From Clostridium sp. CAG:780 (GTDB lineage: Bacteria; Bacillota; Clostridia; TANB77; CAG-508), in the NCBI GenBank assembly GCA_000434195.1, contig HF994458.1, positions 57,352 to 121,351 on the forward strand: a stretch of 64,000 bases of DNA, written 5' to 3'. This document shows positions 19,607-28,503 of the stretch, in pieces. Every line of letters begins with the position of its first letter. Position 1 is the stretch's first letter. The notes below the pieces were generated by a model. It saw only the letters and a list, made by a program, of their open reading frames with translations, searched no databases and was not told the DNA's origin. The position numbers and the translations under genes are program-made.

Positions 19607-20170
19607 TTATTCTTCTTCTGAGTCTTGATTTTCTTCTTCTTCGTCCTTGGCCTCTTCTGTCTCAGTTATTTCTTCATCTTCTTCGATTATTTCTTCATTT
19701 TCTTCAATTTCTTCTTGCTCAGGTTCACTTTCTTCTACGTCTTCTTTTTCTTCCGGTTTATTTTCTTCTGGCTTAACTTCTTCTTTTGCTTCGTTTATTT
19801 TTTCAGATTTTTTTCTTTTTTTGGAGTTATCTTCTTTAGTTTCGTTTTTCTCCTCTAAATTTCCTTTTTTCACTTCTTCTTTTATTCCTGTTATTGGTAT
19901 ATTTGCATATAGTGCAGGAGCTCCTGTTGTTCCATCTTCGTTCGTCTTGTTCGTTAACCTTACATCTATGTCATTTTCATCCACATCTATATACTTTTTA
20001 ATTACCTCAATTATTTCTTGTCGCATCATGTCTAAGAAATCTGCTGAAACATTTGCTCTATCTTGCATTAGTACTAAGTGAAGTCTCTCTTTTGCAGTGT
20101 CCTTTGAGTTTACTTCCTTTTGTTCCTTTTTACCAAATTTCTTAAAAAAGCTTACTATGTTCTCAAACAT
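19607..20170 (-). CDS. minE: cell division topological specificity factor MinE with a long acidic C-terminal tail
   Basis: N-terminal FFKKFGKK...AKERLHLVLMQDR...ISADFLDMMRQEIIEVIKKYI is MinE-like. Residues from about 100 to 187 are E/K/D low-complexity. Confidence 0.85.
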   Translation of the reverse strand: MFENIVSFFKKFGKKEQKEVNSKDTAKERLHLVLMQDRANVSADFLDMMRQEIIEVIKKYIDVDENDIDVRLTNKTNEDGTTGAPALYANIPITGIKEEVKKGNLEEKNETKEDNSKKRKKSEKINEAKEEVKPEENKPEEKEDVEESEPEQEEIEENEEIIEEDEEITETEEAKDEEEENQDSEEE

Positions 20171-20186
20171 TCTTTACCTCCAATAA

Positions 20187-20981
20187 TTATTTTTTTCTGA
20201 ATACATTTTTTATCTTGTCTAAGAATTTTTCATCCTTTCCAGGAATTGTTACATCTACATTTTCTCCTAATATTCTTCTAGCAATTTCTACATATGCTTT
20301 ACCAGAAGGAGCTTTTTTGTTGATTACTGCAGGTTCTCCTTTATTTGTTTGAGTTATTATAAATTCATCATCTGGAACTACTCCAATAAGGTTTATTGAT
20401 AATAGATCAACTATGTCGTTAACGTCCATCATCTCACCTTTTCTTACCATGTTTGGTCTTAATCTATTTATAATTAGCTCTGGATTTTTTATTTCTGATG
20501 CTTCTAATAATCCTATGATTCTATCTGCATCTCTTATTGAAGATATTTCTGCATTTGTTACTACTATGGCTCTATCTGCTCCGGCTATTGCATTTTTGAA
20601 TCCTTGCTCTATTCCTGCTGGGCAGTCTATTATGATATAGTCAAATTCTTCTTTTAGTTTACTAGTTAGTTCTTTCATTTGTTCTTCGTTTATGGCACTT
20701 TTATCTCTTGTTTGTGCAGCAGGTAATAAGAATAGTTGTTCAAACCTTTTATCTTTTATTAAGGCTTGTCTTAATTTACACTTTTTTTCTACAACGTCTA
20801 CTATGTCATATACTATTCTGTTTTCTAGACCCATTACAACATCTAAGTTTCTTAGTCCTATGTCAGTGTCTACTAGTACTACTTTTTTGCCTTTTAGGGC
20901 TAAAGCAGAACCAAGATTTGCTGTTGTAGTTGTTTTTCCTACTCCACCTTTTCCTGATGTTATTACTATAACTTCTCCCAT
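20187..20981 (-). CDS. minD: septum site-determining ATPase MinD
   Basis: SGKGGVGKTT deviant Walker A, DCPAGIE, C-terminal amphipathic helix. Start at 20981 behind GGAGG. Confidence 0.95.
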   Translation of the reverse strand: MGEVIVITSGKGGVGKTTTTANLGSALALKGKKVVLVDTDIGLRNLDVVMGLENRIVYDIVDVVEKKCKLRQALIKDKRFEQLFLLPAAQTRDKSAINEEQMKELTSKLKEEFDYIIIDCPAGIEQGFKNAIAGADRAIVVTNAEISSIRDADRIIGLLEASEIKNPELIINRLRPNMVRKGEMMDVNDIVDLLSINLIGVVPDDEFIITQTNKGEPAVINKKAPSGKAYVEIARRILGENVDVTIPGKDEKFLDKIKNVFRKK

Positions 20982-21121
20982 AAAGTCCTCCATTCTTACT
21001 AACTATGTTTAAGATTTTTAATCTATTTTTCACACTAATATATTATACTTAAAATTGTCAAAAGTCAAGTGAAATGAGGGATTTTGCAAAAAATAATCGT
21101 TACATTTTTGTAGGTAATTCA

Positions 21122-21180
21122 AAAAGAAGTGTACTTCAAATGTTAAGTTTTTTGTTTAACATTTGAAGTACACTTCTTTT
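21122..21180 (-). terminator. intrinsic terminator after the FGE-domain gene
   Basis: 25-bp perfect inverted repeat (21122-21146 / 21156-21180) followed by a T-run on the minus strand. Confidence 0.6.
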
Positions 21181-21210
21181 ACGTCAATTATTTTTGATTT
21201 TCACTATTTT

Positions 21211-22473
21211 TTATGGTTTTATTATTAAGGTTGGACGAGTACTGATATAACCTAACAGCGAGTTATCCGGACTAATTGCTTCTCGACTTAAAACAGATTT
21301 TGAAGATCCACTTTTATCCGAAACACCTCCTCTAGTAGCTCTATAGTATTTATAAAATGCTTCTTGAGTCCATTCCCAGTAGTTTCCTGCTAGATCGTAC
21401 ACATTATTAGCTTTCCAGTATTCACTGTATCCTGTAAGCTGTCCTCTTCCGAATTTTTTAGTTTCCTTTCCATTTTCCGTTACAGTAACTGCCGCATCGC
21501 CTTGACTATCACTATAGTTTCCCCAATATCTCGAATCTGCTACATCTTTTTTGTCTCCTTTATTTGCTATAAAGTCACACGCAATATCCCATTGAATTCC
21601 CCATATCATTCTTGTCTCCACTTTATCGTTTGCTTTTAACTCTTTACATTTGTTATATAACGTATACCAATTTTTATTTATTAATGTTTTTTGGTCTTTT
21701 TGAACTCCTGCATCAGAAATCTCATATCTTCCTATATAGAATCCTCCATATTTTGTTATGCTTTTTATCATTTCACCATATTCATCCACAAATAGTTGGG
21801 CTAATTTCTTTTCTGTTCCATCACTTCCTAGTATTTCTGTATATTTTTTTGCATCATATCCCCCATTGAGTGCTCCAACTACCATATCCGGTTCTCTATA
21901 GCTACCAGAACTCGATGTTCCCGGTGTAGTTCTTGAAATCGTTTTTGTGCCTATTGTTACCGCTTTTGAATATTCACTTGTTTTTACTGATGCCCCGCAT
22001 AATGTTTTTTCACTGCCAGAAAGCTCTATCATTTTTGTTAATGTTGCAGAATCTACCGGTATCCATACCCACTCGTTTCCTTTTTTATCCTGTATAACTA
22101 AACCGTGATCCACTGCATCAGTTGTAGGAGTAGTTTGTCCAATTCCCCATTTTGCATTATAAGTATCCACAGGAAGATATCCTGCCGGTATAGTTGGATT
22201 ATACGCATTTCCTGCTCCAGCATTTATTGTTTCGTTTTCTTCTCTCACTTCTTTCCAGACTAGATTTTGCTTACTTTCTAAATCTGTAACTATTTTATCC
22301 ACTTTACCTAAATCTTGCTCATACACTGCCTTTGCCTCTATTTGGCTTTTTAACTGTCCTTTTCTAAGTGCAGCCACCACCATATATGAAGTTGATAATA
22401 TTGCAACAAAAAATAATACGGTTACAATTACAAATGTTGACACTGATCCTTTTTCACTTTTAAAATTTCTCAT
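21211..22473 (-). CDS. PilX-N-like membrane-anchored protein with a C-terminal FGE-sulfatase (SUMF1-like) fold domain
   Basis: N-terminus EKGSVSTFVIVTVLFFVAILS resembles pseudopilin/PilX N-termini. C-terminal part has IWGIQWD...AGNYWEWTQE...RGG, typical of the formylglycine-generating-enzyme/C-type-lectin-like fold. Confidence 0.7.
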   Translation of the reverse strand: MRNFKSEKGSVSTFVIVTVLFFVAILSTSYMVVAALRKGQLKSQIEAKAVYEQDLGKVDKIVTDLESKQNLVWKEVREENETINAGAGNAYNPTIPAGYLPVDTYNAKWGIGQTTPTTDAVDHGLVIQDKKGNEWVWIPVDSATLTKMIELSGSEKTLCGASVKTSEYSKAVTIGTKTISRTTPGTSSSGSYREPDMVVGALNGGYDAKKYTEILGSDGTEKKLAQLFVDEYGEMIKSITKYGGFYIGRYEISDAGVQKDQKTLINKNWYTLYNKCKELKANDKVETRMIWGIQWDIACDFIANKGDKKDVADSRYWGNYSDSQGDAAVTVTENGKETKKFGRGQLTGYSEYWKANNVYDLAGNYWEWTQEAFYKYYRATRGGVSDKSGSSKSVLSREAISPDNSLLGYISTRPTLIIKP

Positions 22474-22563
22474 TCGCGTTCTCTTCCTTTTTCATAATTC
22501 TCATTATATATTTATATTATACTAAAAATCCTTAATAAGTCAATGAATTTTCTATGTTTTTTC

Positions 22564-22592
22564 TTGACATGTTTTGCAATTAATAATATACT
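22564..22592 (+). promoter_or_regulatory. candidate promoter of the oxidoreductase operon
   Basis: TTGACA (22564-22569), 17 nt spacer, TATACT (22587-22592). Confidence 0.45.
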
Positions 22593-22642
22593 TGGATTGT
22601 TAGTAAAATACTATTAATTTTTGATAAGGAAGGAGTTTGTTT

Positions 22643-23224
22643 ATGAATGATTTGGTAGAGATTAGATGGCATGGAAGAGGCGGTCAAGGCGCAAAGACAG
22701 CTTCACTTTTGCTTGCAGATGCTGCCTTTAATACAGGTAAATATATTCAAGGATTTCCTGAGTATGGTCCTGAAAGAATGGGTGCTCCAATCACAGCCTA
22801 TAATCGTATAAGTAACAGTCCTATTGTTATACATAGCAACATATATGAACCAGATTATGTTGTAGTTGTAGATGATACACTTTTAGAAAGTGTTGATGTT
22901 ACAGCAGGATTAAAAGAAACCGGAGCTATTGTAATAAACACAGTTAGAGATGCTGATTATTTAAAGAGTGTCTTAAAAGGTTACAATGGAGGAATTTATT
23001 GTATTGATGCTAGAAAGATATCTGAGGAAGCTTTAGGAAAATATTTTCCAAATACTCCAATGCTTGCAGCTATTGTAAAAGTTGCTGGTATAATGAATGA
23101 TGAAGATTTCTTAGCCGATATGCAAGGCTCATTTAAGCATAAATTTGCTAAAAAGCCTGAAGTTATAGAAGGAAATATGAAGGCCTTAGAAATGGCTTTA
23201 CAAGAAATAAAAAAGATAAATTAG
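22643..23224 (+). CDS. 2-oxoacid:ferredoxin oxidoreductase, gamma subunit (pyruvate/ketoisovalerate type)
   Basis: RWHGRGGQGAKTAS motif. ATG at 22643 behind AAGGAAGGAG. Confidence 0.9.
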   Translation: MNDLVEIRWHGRGGQGAKTASLLLADAAFNTGKYIQGFPEYGPERMGAPITAYNRISNSPIVIHSNIYEPDYVVVVDDTLLESVDVTAGLKETGAIVINTVRDADYLKSVLKGYNGGIYCIDARKISEEALGKYFPNTPMLAAIVKVAGIMNDEDFLADMQGSFKHKFAKKPEVIEGNMKALEMALQEIKKIN

Positions 23225-23239
23225 AAAGGTGGAAATTTT

Positions 23240-23545
23240 ATGTCAGAAATGCATATAGATAAAAACACACCAGTTGAAGATATGACTCCTGGTGGAGAAA
23301 TTTATCAATCTGGAAATGCAAGAGAATTTAAAACTGGTGACTGGAGAAGTATGTGTCCAGTTTGGATTTCAGAAAAATGCACTCAATGTGGTTTATGCTT
23401 TCCAGTATGTCCAGATGACTCTATTCCTGTTAATTCAGAAGGAAAAAGAGGCGACTTCGACTATGATTATTGCAAAGGTTGCGGTGTTTGTAGTAAAGTA
23501 TGTCCTTTCGGAGCCATCGAAATGAAGGAAGGAGGTTCTAAATAA
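23240..23545 (+). CDS. 2-oxoacid:ferredoxin oxidoreductase, delta subunit (2x[4Fe-4S])
   Basis: CTQCGLCFPVCP and CKGCGVCSKVCP cluster motifs. 101 aa. Confidence 0.9.
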   Translation: MSEMHIDKNTPVEDMTPGGEIYQSGNAREFKTGDWRSMCPVWISEKCTQCGLCFPVCPDDSIPVNSEGKRGDFDYDYCKGCGVCSKVCPFGAIEMKEGGSK

Positions 23546-24735
23546 TGAGTATTAGAGAAAGATTAAGTGGAAATGAAGCATCAGCTGTTGCTATGAAGCA
23601 AATAAATCCAGATGTTGTTGCTGCCTTCCCTATTACACCTTCAACAGAGATACCTCAATATTTTTCAACTTTTGTAAGCAATGGTCAAGTTGACACAGAA
23701 TTTGTTGCGGTTGAAAGTGAGCATAGTGCTATGAGTGCTTGTATTGGTGCAGAAGCTGCAGGATCTAGAGCTATGACAGCTACCTCTTCAAATGGTTTGT
23801 CATTTATGTGGGAGATGCTTTATATTGCATCAGGTTCAAGACTTCCTATCGTACTTTCATTAGTAAATAGAGCTGTTTCTGGTCCTTTAAACATACACAA
23901 TGACCATTCAGACGCAATGGGTGTTAGAGATGCTGGTTGGATAATGTTATTTTCTGAGAATAATCAAGAAGCTTATGATAATTTGATTATGGCTCATCAA
24001 ATAGCAGAAAATAAAAATGTTATGCTTCCTTTAATGGTTTGCCAAGATGGGTTCATAACATCACACTCTATTGAAAATATAGAATTAATTGAAGATGAAA
24101 AAGTTAAAGAATTTGTTGGTAAATACCAACCTGAACATTATTTATTAAATCATAATGAGCCAATAGCTGTTGGTCCTATGGATTTACAAGCTTTCTTGTT
24201 TGAGCATAAATATCAACAAGCAGAAGCTATGAGAAATGCTAAAAAAGTAATTTTAGAAGTAGCAGATAGATTTGAGAAAATGACTGGAAGAAAATACGGT
24301 TTCTTTGAGGAATATAAATTAGATGATGCAGAAATCGCTATTGTTTGTATGAACTCAACAGCTGGAACTACAAAAGCTGTTGTAGACAATTTAAGAAACC
24401 AAGGTATAAAAGCAGGTCTTTTAAAGATTCGTATGTTTAGACCTTTCCCAGTAGAAGAAGTTGCAAAAGCTCTTTCTCACTTAAAGGCTGTTGCAGTTCT
24501 TGATAAAACTGATAGCGTGAATGGTGCAGGTGCTCCATTGTTTACAGATGTTACATCTAGCATGTATACACAAAATGTTCATGTTCCAACTGTAAACTAT
24601 GTCTATGGTATTGGTGGTAGAGATACAACAACAAAAGAGATTTCTAGCGTTTATAAAGATTTAGAAAAAATTGCCGAAACTGGTGATATTGGAAATCCTT
24701 ATAGATATTTAGGTTTAAGAAGGAGAGGTGAATAA
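23545..24735 (+). CDS. 2-oxoacid:ferredoxin oxidoreductase, alpha subunit
   Basis: GNEA.A......D.VAAFPITPSTEI N-terminus. 396 aa. Translationally coupled to delta (ATG overlaps the stop). Confidence 0.92.
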   Translation: MSIRERLSGNEASAVAMKQINPDVVAAFPITPSTEIPQYFSTFVSNGQVDTEFVAVESEHSAMSACIGAEAAGSRAMTATSSNGLSFMWEMLYIASGSRLPIVLSLVNRAVSGPLNIHNDHSDAMGVRDAGWIMLFSENNQEAYDNLIMAHQIAENKNVMLPLMVCQDGFITSHSIENIELIEDEKVKEFVGKYQPEHYLLNHNEPIAVGPMDLQAFLFEHKYQQAEAMRNAKKVILEVADRFEKMTGRKYGFFEEYKLDDAEIAIVCMNSTAGTTKAVVDNLRNQGIKAGLLKIRMFRPFPVEEVAKALSHLKAVAVLDKTDSVNGAGAPLFTDVTSSMYTQNVHVPTVNYVYGIGGRDTTTKEISSVYKDLEKIAETGDIGNPYRYLGLRRRGE

Positions 24736-24736
24736 T

Positions 24737-25702
24737 ATGGCTTATAATTTAAAAGAAGTTATGGCACAAAAGCCTTCTAGATTTACTGCAGGTCACAGAA
24801 TGTGTGCAGGATGTGGCGCTCCACCAGTTGCAAGAATGGTTCTAAGAGCTTTAAAACCTACTGACCACGCTGTTATAGCAAATGCTACTGGTTGTATGGA
24901 AGTTTCTACTTGTTTATATCCATATTCAGCTTGGACAGATTCTTATATTCACACAGCATTCGAGTGTGCTGGCGCAACTTGTTCAGGTGTAGAAGCTGCT
25001 TACAGATCTTTGGTAAAACAAGGTAAGCTTGTAGAAAAAGATGGAGAACAAACAAAGTTTATCGCTTTTGGCGGTGACGGTGGAACTTATGATATAGGTC
25101 TTCAATCTCTTTCTGGTGCAATGGAAAGAGGTCACGATATGACTTATGTATGTTATGATAACGGAGCATATATGAATACAGGTATCCAACGTTCATCAGC
25201 AACACCAAGATTTGCAGATACAACAACATCTCCTGCCGGAAGCGTTATTCCTGGTAAGATGCAATCAAGAAAAGATTTAACTTTGATTATGGCATCTCAT
25301 CATTTACCATATGTTGCTCAAAGTATAGCAGTTGCAAATTTTAAAGATTTGTATGAGAAATCTGAGAAAGCAATTTATACAAAAGGTGCAACTTTCTTAA
25401 ATGTATTAGCTCCTTGTCCTCGTGGCTGGGGTTATCCAACAGAAGATTTAATGAAGATTAATAAACTTGCTATTGATACTTGTTATTGGCCTTTATATGA
25501 AGTTGTTGATGGTGTATTCCATATTACATATAAACCAGCTAAAAAATTACCAGTAGAAGAATTCTTACGTCCACAAAAACGTTTTAAACATATGTTCAAA
25601 CCAGGAAATGAGTGGATGATAGAGGCTTTCCAAGCTGAGGTTGACAAGCGTTGGCAAGAAATATTAGATTTAGAAGAAATAACAAATAAATCTGCTGAAT
25701 AA
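24737..25702 (+). CDS. 2-oxoacid:ferredoxin oxidoreductase, beta subunit (TPP-binding)
   Basis: CAGCG, GGDGGTYDIG and NGAYMNTG TPP motifs. ATG at 24737 behind AGGAGAGGTG. Confidence 0.92.
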   Translation: MAYNLKEVMAQKPSRFTAGHRMCAGCGAPPVARMVLRALKPTDHAVIANATGCMEVSTCLYPYSAWTDSYIHTAFECAGATCSGVEAAYRSLVKQGKLVEKDGEQTKFIAFGGDGGTYDIGLQSLSGAMERGHDMTYVCYDNGAYMNTGIQRSSATPRFADTTTSPAGSVIPGKMQSRKDLTLIMASHHLPYVAQSIAVANFKDLYEKSEKAIYTKGATFLNVLAPCPRGWGYPTEDLMKINKLAIDTCYWPLYEVVDGVFHITYKPAKKLPVEEFLRPQKRFKHMFKPGNEWMIEAFQAEVDKRWQEILDLEEITNKSAE

Positions 25703-25759
25703 TATCTAAAAAATATAGAAATAAATTTAGTTTAATTATTGTAAAAGGTGGTGAAAATA

Positions 25760-25930
25760 ATGGCTTATAAAATTACAGATAAATGTATAGCTTGTGGAGC
25801 TTGTGCAGCTAACTGCCCTGTTTCTTGTATAGCTCAAAAAGGAGAAAAATATGAAATTGATCCTGAGCAATGCATCAGCTGTGGAACTTGTGCAAGTGTT
25901 TGCCCAGTTGAAGCACCAGTTGAAGAATAG
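25760..25930 (+). CDS. fdx: 2x[4Fe-4S] clostridial-type ferredoxin
   Basis: 56 aa with CIACGACAANCP and CISCGTCASVCP. Confidence 0.9.
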   Translation: MAYKITDKCIACGACAANCPVSCIAQKGEKYEIDPEQCISCGTCASVCPVEAPVEE

Positions 25931-25940
25931 AATACAGTAA

Positions 25941-25966
25941 AGAGCGCCTTTCAGCGCTCTTTTTTG
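25941..25966. terminator. bidirectional intrinsic terminator
   Basis: AGAGCGC-CTTTCA-GCGCTCT followed by TTTTT, between convergent genes. Confidence 0.6.
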
Positions 25967-25978
25967 TTATTTATTTTT

Positions 25979-26914
25979 TTAATATTCATCTTGGTTATTG
26001 TCTACATTTTTTCTTTCTTCTTTTTCTAATTTTTCTAGTTTTTGTAGCTCTTGTAAGTTTTCTAACTCTTCTTTGTCTACATTTTCTGTTTCGCTTCCTT
26101 TTGGATTTTTTAAAACTTTTACATCTGCAGCATTATAACTCTTGTAAGTTTTTGTGCCTTCTCTTTCAAATTGTACTTTAACCATTTCTCTTAAAGTTTC
26201 TACTGAACAAACTGTTCCTTTTCCATCTTCTGTTTTTACAACAGCTCCAACTTTTGGAAGTCTTTTATTTTTTTCTTCGTATACTTCTTGTTCATATTTT
26301 AGGCAACACATTAATCTGCCACAGTTTCCTGATATTTTTGATGGATTTAGTGAAGCACTTTGTTCTTTTGCCATTTTTATTGATACAACATCAAAATTGT
26401 TTAGGAAAGAACAACAGCAAAGTTCTCTACCACAGACTCCATTACCGCCTATTTTTCTAACTTCATCTCTTACTCCTATTTGTCTTAGCTCTATTCTTGT
26501 TTTGTAAATCGCTGCTAAGTCTTTTACAAGCTCCCTAAAGTCAACTCTTCCATCTGAAGTAAAGCTAAATATTATTTTGCTGTTATCAAATTTATATTCA
26601 ACATCTACTAAGTTCATATCTAGATTGTATTTTTTTATTTTTTCTTTGCATACATCAAATGCTTTCTTTTCTTTGTTCCTGTTTTCTTCTAAGTGTTTGA
26701 TGTCCTTATAGTTTGCTAATCTTATTATTTTCTTCAATTCTGTTTGAACTTTATTGTCCGGTATTTCTCTTTTGCTAATAACTACTTCTCCTATGTCCTC
26801 TCCCATAGAAGTTTCAACTATGACCTTGTCCTTTGGTTTTAGTTGTATGTATCCTGGGTCAAAGAAATATACTTTTCCAGGTTTTCTAAATCTAACTCCT
26901 ACTATTGTTTTCAT
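25979..26914 (-). CDS. ricT: PSP1-domain protein YaaT/RicT
   Basis: VGVRFRKPGKVYFFD start, Cys cluster GGNGVCGRELCCCSFL...CGRLMCCLKYE. Directly downstream of holB, as in Bacillus. Confidence 0.85.
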   Translation of the reverse strand: MKTIVGVRFRKPGKVYFFDPGYIQLKPKDKVIVETSMGEDIGEVVISKREIPDNKVQTELKKIIRLANYKDIKHLEENRNKEKKAFDVCKEKIKKYNLDMNLVDVEYKFDNSKIIFSFTSDGRVDFRELVKDLAAIYKTRIELRQIGVRDEVRKIGGNGVCGRELCCCSFLNNFDVVSIKMAKEQSASLNPSKISGNCGRLMCCLKYEQEVYEEKNKRLPKVGAVVKTEDGKGTVCSVETLREMVKVQFEREGTKTYKSYNAADVKVLKNPKGSETENVDKEELENLQELQKLEKLEKEERKNVDNNQDEY

Positions 26915-27827
26915 CTATTTCCTCCCATATTTTAAACAACATTTCATCTATACACATATCATAATTTGTGTTTGAATTTAATTTTGTTTTTGCATTATTT
27001 ATTATGCCTATAATATTTATAAATTTAGATCTATAATCTGCATTCTTCTTTATGTGACTATATACTATTGCTATCATATAATCTAACAAGTCAAAAATTA
27101 TTTCTTTTGATTTATATAGAACTTCGTACTTATTAATCAACTTTACAACATTTGGAATTCTTCCACTAATCATATCTTTTGTAATTACATCAATTTGATT
27201 ATACTCTTCTATGTTGTCATTAATTTTTATTAATCTTCCTATACTCCCATTGCAAAGTTCTAATATGCTTTGGCTTGGCTTTTGTATTTCTTGATTTTTG
27301 TCAATGTATTCTAACATTTCTTTGCCATCTATATTGACAAAACTTAGCTTTAAACATCTTGATTTTATAGTATTTAGCAATTTGTTTTCATTTGATGTTA
27401 TCAATATAATAACTATGTATTCTGGTGGTTCTTCTAGTGTTTTTAGTAAGCTGTTTTGTGCCTCTTCAGTCATTTTTTCTGAATTATCTATTATTACAAC
27501 TTTTTTTGATGACACAATCGGTTTTTGATATATTTTTTCTTGTAGTTCTCTGATTTGTGCTATTTTTATTGAGTTTCCATCTTCTGATATTTCTATAAAA
27601 TCCGGATTATTGTTTGATATAAATTTTATACAAGAATCACATTGATTACAGTTTTCTTTTTCTTGTGATAAGCATAAAATCATTTTTGCAAATTCTCTTG
27701 CTATTTGTTTTTTTCCTATTCCTTCTTCTCCAACAAACAAATAACTATGTGATACTGCATTACTATTTGCAACATTTTTTAATTCTTGTTTTATTTTTGT
27801 ATTTCCTACAATATTTTCAAAACTCAA
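26892..27827 (-). CDS. holB: DNA polymerase III subunit delta-prime
   Basis: HSYLFVGEEGIGKK P-loop-like motif, CxxCxSC zinc module, NSLLKTLEEPP. Confidence 0.85.
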   Translation of the reverse strand: MSFENIVGNTKIKQELKNVANSNAVSHSYLFVGEEGIGKKQIAREFAKMILCLSQEKENCNQCDSCIKFISNNNPDFIEISEDGNSIKIAQIRELQEKIYQKPIVSSKKVVIIDNSEKMTEEAQNSLLKTLEEPPEYIVIILITSNENKLLNTIKSRCLKLSFVNIDGKEMLEYIDKNQEIQKPSQSILELCNGSIGRLIKINDNIEEYNQIDVITKDMISGRIPNVVKLINKYEVLYKSKEIIFDLLDYMIAIVYSHIKKNADYRSKFINIIGIINNAKTKLNSNTNYDMCIDEMLFKIWEEIDENNSRS

Positions 27828-27852
27828 TACTTTTTCTCCAATTCTTTATATT

Positions 27853-28503
27853 CTACTCTGCCTTTTCAATTTTTCCCATTTTATTTAAAGGCCAAAATCT
27901 TACTGTTACTTTTCCTTCTATCTTTTCTAATGGTATACATCCGAATTTTCTGCAGTCTATTGAATGTTCTCTATTGTCACCCATTGCAAACACACATCCC
28001 TCTGGAACTGTGAAGTCTGTAAATACTCCATTATTGCTATTTGTAACAACCGTGTCTTTTAAATATGCAGATTCATCAAGTTCTTCTCCATTTATATAGA
28101 CTTTTCCATCCATAATTTGTACATGTTCACCTGGAAGTGCAATTACTCTTTTTATGTAGCTTTCTTTTCCCCACTCCAATACATAGTATGTAAATTTTGA
28201 AATTACATTGTTGAATTTTCTTGAATAAATTGCTACTGGTTTAGAGAAATCCACCTCTTTATCTGTCACAACCTTTTTTGTTGGCGCTTCAAATGTAATT
28301 ATATCGCCTCTACTTGGCATTTGCTTTTTTGTTCTTGGAATTCTATTTAAAATTAGTCTTTCTCCTGGTTTTAAGTTTGGATACATTGACTCTTGTTGAA
28401 CAACAGTAGGTGTTCCCACGAAATATCTAATTAATAATGCTAATACTATTGCTATTACAATACATTCTATCCATTCTATTATATCTTTTGTCTTTTCACT
28501 CAT
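27853..28503 (-). CDS. lepB: signal peptidase I
   Basis: N-terminal TM, SMYPNL (catalytic Ser box), GDIITF, YIKRVIALPGE, GDNREHSIDCR boxes. Confidence 0.9.
   Translation of the reverse strand: MSEKTKDIIEWIECIVIAIVLALLIRYFVGTPTVVQQESMYPNLKPGERLILNRIPRTKKQMPSRGDIITFEAPTKKVVTDKEVDFSKPVAIYSRKFNNVISKFTYYVLEWGKESYIKRVIALPGEHVQIMDGKVYINGEELDESAYLKDTVVTNSNNGVFTDFTVPEGCVFAMGDNREHSIDCRKFGCIPLEKIEGKVTVRFWPLNKMGKIEKAE

Noticed and set aside
21122-21180. A 25-bp perfect inverted repeat considered as a MITE or IS terminal structure.
   Set aside because: It is a single copy, lies immediately after a stop codon, and is followed by a T-run. It behaves as an intrinsic terminator, and there are no flanking direct repeats or transposase.
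23292-23525. A 77-aa alternate-frame ORF inside the delta-subunit gene, and a 75-aa ORF (17819-18046) inside dusB.
   Set aside because: They overlap well-supported genes on the same strand and have no recognisable motif or RBS.
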